Assembly: GCF_020745735.1 (NCBI RefSeq)
Contig: NC_083417.1
Span: forward strand, 75,764,001-75,828,000
Length of the DNA stretch: 64,000 bases
Source of the DNA: Hemiscyllium ocellatum
Taxonomy: Eukaryota
Direction of reading: 5' to 3'
Position 1 is the stretch's first letter. Each line of letters starts with the position of its first letter. The position numbers and the translations under genes are program-made. Below the pieces are notes generated by a model. It saw nothing but the letters and a program-made list of their open reading frames with translations. It was not told the origin of the DNA and ran no database searches. Shown here piece by piece: positions 11,701 through 25,149 of this stretch.

Positions 11701-13693
11701 TCCGTGCCTCACCTCATTCAAGTTATTAATTTATTCTCAGGTTACAAAATTAATTTCTTAAAATCAGAGGCCATGCCGATGGGTAGTCTCGCTAGTATGT
11801 CCCACTTATTGGATGGATCTCACTTTCCCTTTCGGTGGTCTCTAGAGGGTTTTTTTTATATTTAGGTATTTTTGTGCAATTGCAAGGTCAATTTGTGCAT
11901 CTACTGGAAAGGAAAAAGCAGGACCTTCAACGTTGGGGGATCTTCCAATTTCTTGGCTTGGTAGAATAGCTCTATTTAAAATGAATGTCTTGTTCCGTTT
12001 CTAATACCTGATGGGAATGATTCTGGTGATGCTGCCGAGGCCGGCATTGCACAAATTATATGGTTGGCTTGGTTCTTTCTTCTAGAATCACAGACGGCCC
12101 CTCATTAAGTTAAAGAAGCTACAGCTTCCACAAGCAGGAGAGGACTGGATTTCCAGACTTTAGGAAGTATCATATGAGTTCTCTATTATTTTACAGAGCC
12201 GATTGGGTCTCATCTGACCCACAATCAATCCGCTGGATACCGAGGCTTCTCAAGCAAAGTGTCATTTATTAACCTCTTATTTTTATATAAAATGAAAATC
12301 ATGATGGGCCATTGTAAAAAAAAACTACAGTATTAAAAACACAATTAAAGCCTGGAAGATAACGTGGCAAAACTAGGGTAATCCACATAAAACCTCCCCT
12401 TATACTCCTATAGTGGGGTCATGAGTTTTCAACCGGGGTTCACAAACGCCACATTTAAATCCTGGAGGTCTAGGGGTATCTCCTGTTAAGGGATATGTTT
12501 GATGAGGGGGTCATGATGTCTTTTGAACAGCTGCAACAGAAATTTGGACTCCCTAATGAAGAGTTATTTCGATACTTCCAAATTCGAGATTACATAAAGA
12601 AGAATACTTTATATTAGTGAGCCTTTTTAAATCAGATAGAGAACTGAGAGTGTTGTGTCCAATGCGTTTACCCTCGGTCAGCTCTCTCTATCATTTACTA
12701 CATACTGAAGTTTTGGAAGACATGGAATGTTTGCTTAGAACATGGGATCAGGAATTAGGGTTGGAAATATCCACAGAAATGTGGGACTACATGTGGGAAA
12801 ATGCCAAGAAAATCCCCATCTGTAATAGAACCCAAGCCATTCAGTTAAAGATACTCCAAAGGACCTGTATAGAACGGAACGATTGTCAAAATTTAGGGCA
12901 GGAACACCTCCAATGTGTCCCAAATGTAAAATAGAGGTGGACACTCTCACACACTGCTTACGGATATGTCATAAGATCTGCAAATACTGGGTCAGAGTAG
13001 CAAATGATTTGATAGAAATCTTGGGAGCTGAAACTAGGGTAGATACAGTATCTCTACTCCTCGGCTTTTTGAGCTTGCCTTCGCTGTATGTGCACGGGAG
13101 GAAATTATTTTCCATCCTCTCCTTTTGTGCAAGGAAAAATATCTTCATAAACTGGGTAGCTGAGAGCCCTCCAGGACTTTCGAATAGGTTAGTCACGGAA
13201 TGTATTCCTCTTGACATGCTTACAAATATGGTACACCAAAAAAACTGAATTATTCTACAAATAATGGCTGCTCTTCCTGAATTACCTACTTACAGATATT
13301 TCGGCCATTTTTTCAAGGGCTTTCATCTAGTTCTGACAACGGTTCTGGCTGGTCAGAGATCCTTGGGGAAGGAATCTCGCATGAATGCGGGTTTTATTAT
13401 GACTTGATTTTAATTCCTTCTGAGCATGTACTTCACTATTTAATTACTATGTTATACTTTTTTTTCTTGAGTTATGTAAGATATTTTATTATATGTTCAG
13501 GTTAGATATAGATGAGATTAGGAGTTAGTTGAGTTTTGTTTTCTCCTTTTTTAATCTCTTCTTTTTGTCTATTAGGCTTTGGTTACTATTTATTTAATAT
13601 TTAAATGTATAATGATGTTTGCATTTGTGTGTATTATATTGTAAGTTTGTAAAAAAAAGTTAAACTTTGAATAAAGTATCTATTTTTTTTAAA
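8760..13693 (+). mobile_element. Decayed L1-clade LINE (ORF1 C-terminus, EN, RT, C-terminal Cys motif, 3' UTR)
   Basis: FQDISPALVRKRRAF...YSLRYP (L1 ORF1); IIEGDFNC (APE); APGPDGFQVEFYKEF, QGCPLSPLLF and LYADDVLL (RT); CPKC...TLTHC; AATAAA near 13670. Confidence 0.85.
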
Positions 13694-13853
13694 GTGTATC
13701 AGTCTTGTTTTCCCAAAGAGAAGCACATCGCATTTATCTGAATTAAACCCCAAATGCCACTTCTGAACCCATTGACCCATCTGATCAAGATCCTGTTGTA
13801 ATCTGAGGTGATAGGTTACCTTCTTCACTGTCCACGACACCTCCAATTTTGGT

Positions 13854-14733
13854 AAAAACAATGACTGCAGATGCTGGAAACCAGATTCTGGATCAGTGGT
13901 GCTGGAAGAGCACAGCAGTTCAGGCAGCATCCAACGAGCAGCGAAATCGACATTTCGGGCAAAAGCCATTCATCAGGAATGAAGGCAGAGAGACTGAAGC
14001 CTGGTGAGATAAGCTTGGGGAGGTTGGGGGTCGGGAGAGAGTAGCATAGAGTACACTGGGTGAGTGGGGGAGGAGATGAAGGTAATAGGTCAGGGAGGAA
14101 AGGGTGGAAAAGGAGCTAGGCAGGTCGGACAAGTCATGGTGACAGTGCTGAGCTGGAAGTTTGAAACTAGGATGAGGTGGGGGAAGTGGAATTGAGGAAA
14201 CTGTTGAAGTCCACATTGATGCCCTGGGGTTGAAGTGTGCCGAGGCGGAAGATGAGGCGTTCTTCCTCCAGGCGTCTGGTGGTAAGGGAGCGGCGGTGAA
14301 GGAGGCCCAGGACCTCTATGTCCTCGGCAGAGTGGGAGGGGGAGTTGAAATTTTGGGCCACGGGGCGGTGTGGTTGATTGGTGCGGGTATCTCCGAGATG
14401 TTTCCTAAAGCGCACTGCTAGGAGGAGTCCAGTCTCCCCAATGTAGAGGAGATAGCATCGGGAGCAACGGATACAATAAATGATATTAGTGGATGTGCAG
14501 GTAAAACTTTGATGGATAGAGGTGAGGGAGGAGGTGTGGGCACAGGTTTTACAGTTCCTGCGGTGGCAGGGAAAAGTGCCAGGTTGGGAGGGTGGGTCGT
14601 AGGGGGGGCGTGGACCTGACCAGGTAGTCACAGAGGGAACGGTCTTTGCAGAAGGTGGAAATGGTGGGGAGGGCAATATATCCCTTGTGGTGGGGTCTTT
14701 TTGGAGGTGGCGGAAATGTCGGCGGATGATGCT
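13854..14733 (-). mobile_element. Penelope-like element 3' fragment (GIY-YIG endonuclease plus terminal repeat)
   Basis: CHRRNCKTC, NIIYCIRCSRC.LLYIGET, RF..HL, ERLIFRLGTLQPQGIN; interrupts the CR1 between ccaattttggt and gtcatc. Confidence 0.92.
13945..13980 (-). ncRNA. Minimal type-I hammerhead ribozyme motif
   Basis: Reverse complement ATTC-CTGATGA-AT-GGC-TTTT-GCC-C-GAAA-T-GTC-GATT: intact core, GUC cleavage triplet, imperfect stems. Confidence 0.65.
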
Positions 14734-17700
14734 GTCATCTGAAAACTTTCTAACTGTACCTCTTATGCTCACATCCAAATCATTTGTATAAATGACAAAA
14801 AGTAGTGGACCCAGCACCGATCCTTGTGGCACTCCACTGGTCACAGGCCTCCAGTCTGAAATGCAACCCTCCACCACCACCCCCTGTCTTCTACCTTTGA
14901 GACAGTTATGTATGCAAATGGCTAATTCTCCCAGTATTCCATGAGATCTAACCATGCTAAACAGTATCCCATGGGGAACCTTGTCGAACGCCTTACTGCA
15001 GTCCATATAGATTACGTCTGCTGCTCTTCCCTCATCAATCCTCTTTGTTGCATCTTTAAAAAACACAATCAAGTTTGTGAGACATGATTTCCCATGCACA
15101 AAGCTATGTTGACTATTCTGAATCAGTCCTTGCCTTTCAAAATACTTGTATATTCTGATCCTCAGGATTCCTTCCAACAACTTGCCCACCACTGACTTCA
15201 GGCTCACTGGTCTATAGTTCCCTGGCTTGTCCTCACCACCTTTCTTAAATAGTGGCACCACATTAGCCAACCTCCAGTCTTCCGGCACTTCACCTGTGAT
15301 GATCGATGATACAAATATCTCTGCAAGAGGACCAGCAATCACTTCCCTAGCTTTCCACAGAGTTGTCGGGTACACCCGATCAGGTCCTGGGGATTTAGCC
15401 ACCTTTATGCATTTCAAGACATCCAGCACGTTCTCCTCCGTAAAATGGACATCTTTCAAAATGTCACCATCTATTTCCTTACATTCTATATCTTCCATAT
15501 CCTTTTTCACAGTAAGTACTAATGCAAAATGCTAGTTCAGTACCTCCCACATTTTCTGCGGCTCCACACAAAGGCTTCTTTGCTGATCTTTGAGGGGCCC
15601 TATTCTCTCCCTAGTTACCCTTTTGTCCTTAATGTATTTGTAAATACCCTTTGGATTCTCCTTAATTCTGTTTGCCTAAGTTATCTTTTTGCCTTCTGAT
15701 TTCCCTCTTAAATATACTCCTAATGCCTTTATACTCTTCTGTGGGTTCATTCCATCTATCCCGACTATGTCTGACATATGTGTCCTTCTTTTTCTTAATC
15801 AAACCTTCAATTTCTTTAGTCATCCAGCATTCCCTATACCGACCACCTTTTATTTTCACTCTTACAGGAATCGCTGGATTCTCATTATATCTGAAGTCTT
15901 CCCATTTTTCAGCTGTCTCTTTACGTGCAAACATTTGCCCTCAATCAGCTCATGTTCTTGCCTTATACCGTCAAAATTGGCCTTTCTCCAATTTAGAACT
16001 TCTACTTTTAGATCTGGCCTATCCTTTTCCATCACTATTTTAAACTAATAAATTATGGTCGTAGCTGGCCCCAAGGTGCTCCCCCACTTACACCCTACCT
16101 TATTTCCCAAGAGTGGGTCAAGTTTTGCGCCTTCTCTATTAGGAAAATCCACATACTGAATAAGAAAGTTTTCTTGCATACAAGCAACAAGTTCCTCTCC
16201 ATCTAAACCCTTAACACTACAGCAATACCAGTCCATGTTGGAACGTTAAAATCCTTGACCATAACCACCATATTATTCTTACAGATAGCTGAGAACTCAT
16301 TGTGAGTTTGTTTCTCAATTTCTCTCTGACTATTAGGACTTCTATAATACAATCCTAATAAGGTGATCATCCCTTTCTTATTTCTCAGCTTCACCCAAAT
16401 AACATCTCTCGCTGTATTTCAAGGAATATGCTCCCTCAGCACAGCTGTAATGCTATCCCTTGTCAAAAACTTCACTCCCCCGCCTTTCTTGCCTCCCTTT
16501 CTATCCTTCCTGTAGCATTTGTACCCTGGAACATTAAGCTGCCAGTCCTGCCCATCCCTGAGCCATGTTTCTGTAATTGCTATGATATCCCAGTCCCATG
16601 TTCCTAACCATGCCCTGAGTTCATCTGCCTTCCCTGTTCGCCCCCTTGCATTGAAACAAATGCAGATCATTTCATTAATCCTCACTTGTCCCTGCTGGCT
16701 CTGACTGTTTTACTCACTTCTATTCTCAACTGTATCAGTCTCAGATTGGTTTCCTTCCTCACTACCTCTCTGGGTCCACATTCCACCCCTCCCCACCCCC
16801 GCCTCTTACCTTACTAGTTTAAATCCTCCTCTGCAGTTCTAGCAAATCTTTCTGCCTGTATATTAGTCCCCTTCCAATTTACGTGCAATCCGTCCTTCTG
16901 GTACAGGTTACCTCTACCCCAAGAGATTCCGATGATTCAAAAATGCCAATCCTTCTCCCATACACCAGCTCCTCAGCCATGCATTTATCTGCTCTTTCCT
17001 CCTATTCCTACCCTCACTAGCTCCTAGTGATCCAGAGATTCCTACTCTCGAGGACCTCCTTTCTTAAATTCCTGCCTAACTCTCTGCAATCTCCCGTCCG
17101 CATCTCAAGCTTTTCCTTTCCTATGCCTTTGGTTCCAATGTGGACAATGTCCTCTTGCTGGTCCCTCTCCCCCTTGAGAACACTCTGCACCCTCTCTGAG
17201 ACACCATTGATCCTGGCGCCCTTGAAGAAACACACCATTCTGATTTTTCACTGCTGGCCATAGAAACATCTATCTGTACCTCGGACTACAGAATCCCGTA
17301 ACACAATTGATCTCTTTGAAGTTGGAGTAACCCTCGTTGCATTGGAGCCAGTCTCAATGCCAGAAACTTGGCTGTCGGTGCTATGTTCCCTTGTGAATCA
17401 ATCACCCCCGACATTGTCCAAACAGCATTCTTGTTTGAAATGGATAGAGCCACAGAAGACTTCTGCACTAACAGCCTACCTCTCTTTCCTGATGTTAACC
17501 CATCTCTGTGATTGTATCTGTATCTAATTGCTATCCATCACATACTGTTATTGATGAAAATTCCTGATTGCTTTTAACTGTCTCTCCAACCGATTCATTT
17601 GATCAGCGAAAATTCACAACCAACATCATTTATTGCAGATACAATCCGCAGTAATCATTAAACTTTCCTTAAACTCTCACATCTGACAAGAAGTGCATAT

Positions 17701-18074
17701 CCCTCAACGAAAGGTCATTTTTGCTCCTTCAAAATCTCCAGACCCAGAAAATAACACCGTCTTATTCCTCTACAAAACACTGATACAGGTTAAATTTATA
17801 GTTAATGGTTATATTTTAAGTTTAATCAAGAGATATATTTCAAAACAATATCATCAAGAAAGAACCCACTATACTCATATCAATGCAACCTTAATGGCTA
17901 AAGGGCCTCCTCTGTGTTTTATGTCTCCATGACCGTGACTGGACAAAACGTCAGCGAACCAACTCTCTGTCAACTATGGACAGCTAGTCCACTGGGTGGC
18001 GTGCATTCAGAGGCAATTGCCACATTTATAATGGATTGAAATAAGTTGATAGCTGCAACACTAAAGTAGTTCTA

Positions 18075-19990
18075 CAATTGATTGCAACACCTACCACTCC
18101 CCATCACTGGCCTTCTCTTCCCATCACTATCTCGCACTCCCCATCGCCACCCACTTTGGCTCACCACTGCTGTCCTGATATGATTCCCTTCCTCCTCTCC
18201 CCACTACCACCTCCCTTTTCCCATCACTGTCACTCACACTCTCAATCAATGACACCACACCACCATTCCTGTTGGTCTCCCGTCATCACTATCCTCCACA
18301 CTTCCCCAACTCCCTGCACACCATCCCATTCTCCCATCAATATTACTCTCTTCTTAACACAGTCCCATTATCCAAAGATTATCGCTATCTGTTCAATATC
18401 CTCTCCAAAACAAGTGGGTCAAGATTAAAGGTGTGTAAATTGTAGAGGGGACTTCAGGGGACAGTTACGAAACAAATGGAGCAGAGTGATGGGGTGTGCA
18501 AGTGTGATAGTGAGCAGAAGGATGGGCAGAGGTGACGGATGGTTGGAAGGATTTGGCAAGGGAGAGGAAACAAAAAAGATGGATTGAGGTGCTCACTAAG
18601 AGACAGTAAGTGCTTGTGGTAGATGGTTGCTCCAATTTCTCATCTTTGTTAGATGTGATGTGCCTTTTCCTCTGCTATATGTAGAAGTTATTGCCACTTT
18701 GGTAATGTTTCAAAATAATCGAGGAGAAAGTGAGGACTGCAGATGCTGGAGATCAGAGCTGAAAATGTGTTGCTGGAAAAGCGCAGCAGGTTAGGCGGAA
18801 TCCAAGGAGCAGGATAATCGACGTTTCGGGCATGAGCCCTTCTTCCTGAAGTAGGGCTCATGGCCAAAACGTCGATTCTCCTGCTCCTTGGATGCTGTCT
18901 GACCTGCTGCGCTTTTCCAGCAACACATTTTCAGCAGTGTATCCAAATAAGCCGAGATTTGCATTATTGATGTTGGCTGCATCTGCCTCTCCCATTAGCA
19001 TCCCCACCACCCCTCTCCCCATCTCCTTCCTGCTCTCCTTATCAACAATCCATCTTTTATTAGCTCCCTCCTCTGTCTAACCCTATCACTGCATCCCACT
19101 CCCCATCACCGTCAGTCTCTCCCAAAGCAATCATACTTTCCTATCACCAATTCCCACTTCTCAACACCATCCTCCTCTTCTTCAGTCCTGATTCCGCTTT
19201 TCCATGATCATTGGCTTCACACTTCCATCTATGTATGCCTCTCATCATTACTGCAACCTCCACACTGCGCCCTCTTGCCATATTACTATTGTTCCTTACC
19301 CAATCAGAGCTCATTTCGCCTACCTTCATTCTCTGTCCCTGTCCCCATTCTCCTCTCGCTTTTCCTATTGCCCACTGTCATCTACTTGACCCCAGCTCAT
19401 CTCCCTCCCTCATATATGTTGGTCCTTCCTCTATTACGATCCTTCTCTCCTTTCCCGAATCACCTACTCTTCTTCCCAACAAAATTTACCCTCTGTCACC
19501 TATCACTGTCACACTTTTACTATTCATGCTGCATTGCACCAGCCCCTATTTCCCTCACTCATTGTCATCCGGCTCACCTACATCATTATTCTCCACCCCC
19601 CCCACCCCCATCATTCATTCATGAAAACTGAGCCCTCTACCGCCAGGTAGCCTCACCCTCTGTCTCCAACACCATCCCTCTCTGTCCCCTGTTATTACTA
19701 TCATCACTCTCATCCCCCAGTACTGTAACTCGAACCCCATTAACAATATTGCCCTCTCTCCCAAGCATCCTGCCTATATCCAACATCTTCTCATCAATCA
19801 CCTCAACAGTTTCAAAGCTCTGTCCCCTCAGATCCCTCAAATCCAATGTTCTCCCTCAGCCATTTCCCCAAATCTCCATCACTTTACTTGCACACTGAAA
19901 TACATTACCCTCAAATCTGTCCTTCCTCACGCTGGCTGCCAATAATTGTGGACTTTAATCTCTCCTTCACCTTGTTACCGGGTCTCAATT
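18075..19990. repeat. Strand-asymmetric C/T-rich low-complexity tract (CCCCATCACT-like), interrupted by other repeats
   Basis: G-poor, pyrimidine-rich degenerate repeats at about 18075-18420 and 18960-19990; ORFs there are Pro/Ser/His/Leu compositional artefacts. Confidence 0.7.
18722..18936. mobile_element. Fold-back pair of Penelope-like terminal repeats (family A)
   Basis: GCTGAAAATGTGTTGCTGGAAAAGCGCAGC...GGGCATGAGCCC on the left mirrored by GGGCTCATGGCC...GCGCTTTTCCAGCAACACATTTTCAGC on the right; both cores damaged. Confidence 0.85.
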
Positions 19991-22875
19991 ATCCTTCAGA
20001 GCCTAGAGTAGCAGCAGATTTGAGATCTGATAACACGCAACAAAAAATTTGGTATAAAGCATGAATCCTCTCTCGTTCCGACCTTTTCAAGTTCGTTCCT
20101 ATTGATCATGTTTACTGGACTCTGATTTTATTTTGATGGGCGGTGTGGTTCACAGAGTGCATATGCAGCAAACGTGAGGGGAAAGGTAATGCACGTGCTA
20201 TGCTTGGGCATCCTTCCATACACGGTATCAGTAGATTAGACTAATTCCTTCACGGGTTTTAGTGGAAATGAATCAACCCACAGCATCAGAGATGGCTTAC
20301 GGATATCACCAAACCACGTTCTATGCTCTTAGAGGGGCAGATTCAGAGTCGCTATTCTCAAGCAGAGGGAAATAACCCTTCAGCCCAATGAGTCGGTAAT
20401 GGTCCAAAGCAATCACTGAAACTTTCTAGCACCATTTCCCAACATTTTGTGCAAAGCTTTGTATGCCTTGATATCTCATTGTTCGATAACTATTCTGTTA
20501 ACTGTAGGTGATATCATCTCTCATATAATAGGTATGCAATGATCATCTTCAGAAGTAATCTTCAGTTCTTCAAAGGACGCAGCCAACTGAGGAGAACACA
20601 GGAGAGTGAAATGCAGTCAGAAAATTATACACATACCTTTATATATTCAGCAGCTTGAAAACACACAGAGCTGGTGGTTTTTATTAATATAGTCACCAAC
20701 AGTTAAAAATATTGCAGAAGTGACCACAAAACTAAGGTTGCTAATTGAAGCTTAGTTCAGCTCGAAAAACTGAACAACAATGAAGAAGCTGGAGAGTATC
20801 ATCAGAGTGTCACGAAACTGCAATGGGAAACAAAATCCGAGTCATAAACCTTGGATTTAATGATTTTCTCTTAGATCTCAGAAGATTTGTGAAGGAGACC
20901 AACAATAAGCTTAAAATGATCACTTCCCCATTTTTTCAAAACACCTTATATCAGAAATAAGCCACATGGATTTTTTTTAAAGCTTCTCATAAATAACAGA
21001 AATGCCATCAGTGACAAACTACTCTGGAGTATTGTCAAAGATTGTTAATCAAAATTGTAACAGGGATTGTGGAGCCTTGAAAGAAGCCACAATGGTCAGA
21101 CACCATTAGCAAATCGAAACGAATGTGCACCAGAATTCCATGCAGCTCAGTTCCCTAATGAGCTGTAACATATCATGACTACAATGGAGTTGCCGCGTCG
21201 CAATGGAGATTAGCCATAGTTAACTTCAAAAAGGATCAAGAATCAAATAACTTGTCCTAAAATACGAAAAATGGTCAATGTAATGATATCCAAAGATATA
21301 CTTAATCAAAATGGACAGGCAAGCCTCCAGACCAATTGATTGTTTTGTGAATTCAGAGACATGGGAGGAATCAGACATGTTATAAACCTGCTTTGCTTAT
21401 TAAAAATAATAGTGTTGACATTGAACATTTCAGAAATTAAAATCTTGAGGGGAGTTGTTATGAGAGATTAAGTCTTGAGGGCTATGAGGAATTAGCATTA
21501 AATAGAGTCATTTACTGCGGCTGATCAGCCATGACTTTATGGAATGCTGGGGAAGATTGGATGAATCAGAAATACTATCCCTGCTCCTGTTTCTTATGTT
21601 GTTTTGAAACATCTATCCAATCTCCAGCCATTTAATAACTGTCTGCAGAGGTGTTGGAGTCTGTCAACCAAAAACATTTAGTTTTAATTTTGAGCTTTGT
21701 TGGAAGAGTCTGAAAGAAATTCTACCACTAAAATTACAACAAAGATGTCCTAAACCATAATTCCAACTCAGTTACTATAGCATTTCCCTTGTCTTAAACA
21801 ATAGGTTTTACACAATGCGTGCAAAAGTCTGGCTCAGAATTTGTTACAAAGGAAATAAAATATAAATTCTAGTAAAGTCAGATGGCCAATGGAACTCCAA
21901 GTTCAACAAATATCAATTTGAATTTCAATCACATCTTTAATATCAGAGGGGTGGAATCAACATACATATTGACTTCAACAATCCATCAGCCCCAAACTTC
22001 ATTAACCTCTGAAATTTAATCAATTGCATATACCCAATGTATTGCCATTTTCCCGAGCTGTTAATAATATTTGAAACATCATCAAATTGATGTCCAATGC
22101 AGAAGAGTATAAAGTTATGAGCAGCACTGACAGAGCAGATAGTGATAAGCATTTCCTGTTAGTAGAGGCATCAAGAACCAGGGGTACAGTTTTGAGGTGA
22201 GGAACAGATGGTTTAGAGGGGTTTGAGGAATTTGTTTTCACCCAGTGAGTAATGTGTGGTATTGCGGGCAGCATTTAGCATGCATCATGGGAAAAAGTGA
22301 CCAAATATCTAGTGTTAATTCCGTAAGTTAAAAGACAAAAGATCAGAAACAGCTTTCAGAACCTGACTGAATGCAAAACAAAATCCATAAGTTTGATAAA
22401 ACTTCAGCAAGCTTTTTCACAGCGCTTGTATATTTCGACCTGTACATCTCAACCTAAACAAAAGGTCTATATCATGGAAACAGAGTTATGGAAGGATGCA
22501 AATGATCAATGAATTTTTAAAGACTAAGGTTCAGTGTTTCAGGTGATGCACATTTCATGATAATTTGTAATTGCTCAGTATATTTTAAAATATATAATGT
22601 GTTCCTTTTCTTTTGTAAGGCGCAAAACTTGGAAGTGAAACAGGGAGCGAACGGGATCCCTCTTCTTTCCAAGTCTCAGCCAAATTGCTGCAGTATTTAC
22701 AATAAAGGCTAATTATTGTCAATTGAATAGATTTTTGAGTATTGTTGATTTCTTGTGCTCTCACACATTCCTGCTAATTAAACTCTGATACAACAAGTGG
22801 GTACCTTGAGCTCACTGGCTAAAAAATCAAGAAAGGTGGCAAACTTCAAGAAATTGAAGATAGCTATTAGGAGGT

Positions 22876-23343
22876 TGTGAGGAGCAATTGCAAATGTTGT
22901 TGCCTGCAAAAATCAAAAGGCTGAAACATGAAGTCGGGGTGGGAGTGTAGGTTAAACTAGACATGCTTGGACAAACAATTATAAGCATCTGTTTCCTGCA
23001 TCTGCAAAAAACAAAAAAAAACACAATCAAGAGGTCATAAGGATAAGTGTAGACGAAACTTCGGAAGAAATGTTGTTTTAGCAAGCAAGGAAGCAGATGG
23101 CAGTGAAGGCGGGTATACGCTAACAATTGACAACAGAGGGATGTCGTGAAATGGTCAAGCAAAACCTGCACTTTGTCACACACAATGCCAGATAAGGCAA
23201 AAGATAAACAAGAGTAATGGGCGCCGGGATTAGAGTAGTGGGAGATGTAAACTTGGGAGGAGCAATGGGAGGAGAAAAGGAGAAATGAATTGTATGGAAG
23301 TTGAGTACTCGTTAAACTCGGCGTGCCTATCTAGTAGATGCCT
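22876..23343 (+). mobile_element. 5' LTR of endogenous retrovirus (3' end lost at a microsatellite)
   Basis: Starts TGTGAGGAGCAATT; collinear with 27797-28245, including the identical GAAATGGTCAAGCAAAACCTGCACTTTGTCAC. Confidence 0.85.
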
Positions 23344-23360
23344 GTGTGTGTGTGTGTGTC

Positions 23361-23419
<59 letters not shown>
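23344..23419. repeat. (TG)n(AG)n compound microsatellite
   Basis: Direct reading of the sequence. Confidence 0.95.
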
Positions 23420-23424
<5 letters not shown>

Positions 23425-24239
23425 TGCACAGCTAATAGAAAGTGTAACCATTTGTGATTCGGTTTGAGTGCACATTTGTTTGTTGGTGATTGAGTGTTTA
23501 TGAATCGCTCCCTGGAGGTGGAGATCCAGGACTGTTTTGAATCTGATTTCTATTATGGAAATTTAACATGATTTCTTTTAAGGTTAATGATTTTACAGTG
23601 ATTATGAAATAAAATGTTTACTCCTGTTCTTTTTACAGGTCATGACTGCCTTACTATCAGTTTCTAACTAGCCTCTTTTATCCTTACTTCAAAGCGATTT
23701 ATGGAGGACAGTTGAAGTTTCAGTTCACCCTTAGATTGTAATAAAAAAAAATCCCATGGTAAACATCTGTGACCTTGGATTTCGCCATTATTCATGAATT
23801 CGAAGTTTTTATTTTACCTTGAATAAACAAATCCTTTTAAGGCAGCTACAGTTATTTCACGACCTGTAGCACTGTAATTGAGCAATGACTGGTCTGGACT
23901 ACTTACGAAAACTAATTTTGGCTTTAAATTAAGGGACTAAATCTGGATAATTATAGTGGTTTTCAAAGTTGAGAACTGTATGCATTTTATATTTTAAACA
24001 CTGAATACTGAATAAATGAATTTATAATATAGAAATACACATTTCTAAGTAAGGTTCCAAAAAGAATAGCTAGGAACAGGCTTTAAAGTTAGGCAAGCAT
24101 AAATTATTGAATTGGCTTTACAAGTTATAGCGAGCAAGAAATATTGCAATATTTCTTTAAAAAATTCAAGGTCTAAAAAAAATCTGGCAACGTAACATGA
24201 GAAGCAGAAGAAAAAGGCAAAAATAATGATAGCCATGGT

Positions 24240-24484
24240 TGATGAGGCAATAAAGCAACGGACAAAACTAACAGGAACAGGAAACTGGAATGGTGGTGGG
24301 CAGCATGTCGAAAATAAAGGGAAGAGGTGTTAAGGGGTCTGGTGGACAGGGACAGGGATCAAGGTGGAAATCCCCATAGGCGGGATGTTACTCCTGTGGA
24401 AAGACAGATCACTTTAAGCGTAAGTGTCCGGATCTGAAAAGGGAAGAGGGAACGACACCACTTATGAGCTTTGATGAAGAATAA
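24240..24484 (+). pseudogene. gag: ERV gag C-terminus with CCHC zinc knuckle
   Basis: CYSCGKTDHFKRKC (Cx2Cx4Hx4C) at 24386-24427, then PDLKREEGTTPLMSFDEE and TAA at 24482-24484. Confidence 0.85.
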
Positions 24485-24630
24485 GGGTGTCAGGGGTTCC
24501 TGCCCACGGGAACCCACCAGGAACCCTTCTTAAATTTAAAATTGGGACCTTACAAAGACGACGCAGTTTTCTGAGCCGATACGGGGGCAGCAAGGTTATC
24601 CTTAAATTTTAAGCCCAAAGCAGTCGGAAC
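24485..24630 (+). pseudogene. pro: ERV aspartic protease N-terminus, in frame with gag
   Basis: GCQGFLPTGTHQEPFLNLKLGPYKDDAVF*ADTGAARLS; DTGA active-site motif at 24578-24589. Confidence 0.85.
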
Positions 24631-25149
24631 GAAAGAGTTCATTGGATTATGGCGACAGTTTTGTGATGAGAGGCATGAAGAATCAATTTTGCGCTCATGA
24701 CAAAATATACTGCCACCAAATTTGGGACTGTATCAACTGCAAATGGTGCTATGAAATCTGTTGAGGTTCTTGAAAATGAATGTACTCACGCAAAACAATT
24801 ACAGAAACAGAATGGTAAGTCACAAATGACTGGTAAACAAACTGCGTAATTACAGTTTTAAAAATGTTTTAGTCATTTGTTGCGTTTCCACCCTGGATTG
24901 CAGATAATGATCATTTTATTTATATAATATCTATATAATTAATACATATTATATAATATTTATAATAATCGATTGTGTTAGCCTGAATCAATATTAATTG
25001 GCAAGATTCCTTTACAAATTCTCAGTGACCTGTCATATTGATTCATGGTTAATTTAAATCATGACTCCATTAATTCATTGTTAATTAAAGAATGGAAAGC
25101 TACATTACTGGCCAGAGTGTGTTCAGGCAGTCGAAGCAACAACCTTCTT

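Larger units (their letters stand above)
13690..17900 (-). mobile_element. Near full-length decayed CR1 LINE, split by a Penelope insertion
   Basis: ORF1 esterase-like CFFKGARI...IVHIGT (17017-17238); APE DIIAITETWL and GLYYRSPN (16045-16685); RT YRPVSL, KAFDKVPH, GVPQGSVLGP and KFSDD (14734-15510), resuming at 13853. Confidence 0.92.

Noticed and set aside
20110-20420. Possible decayed Ig C1 exon on the minus strand (GYFP, TW, VNHTA fragments)
   Set aside because: Motifs fall in different frames with several stops; cannot be distinguished from chance by eye
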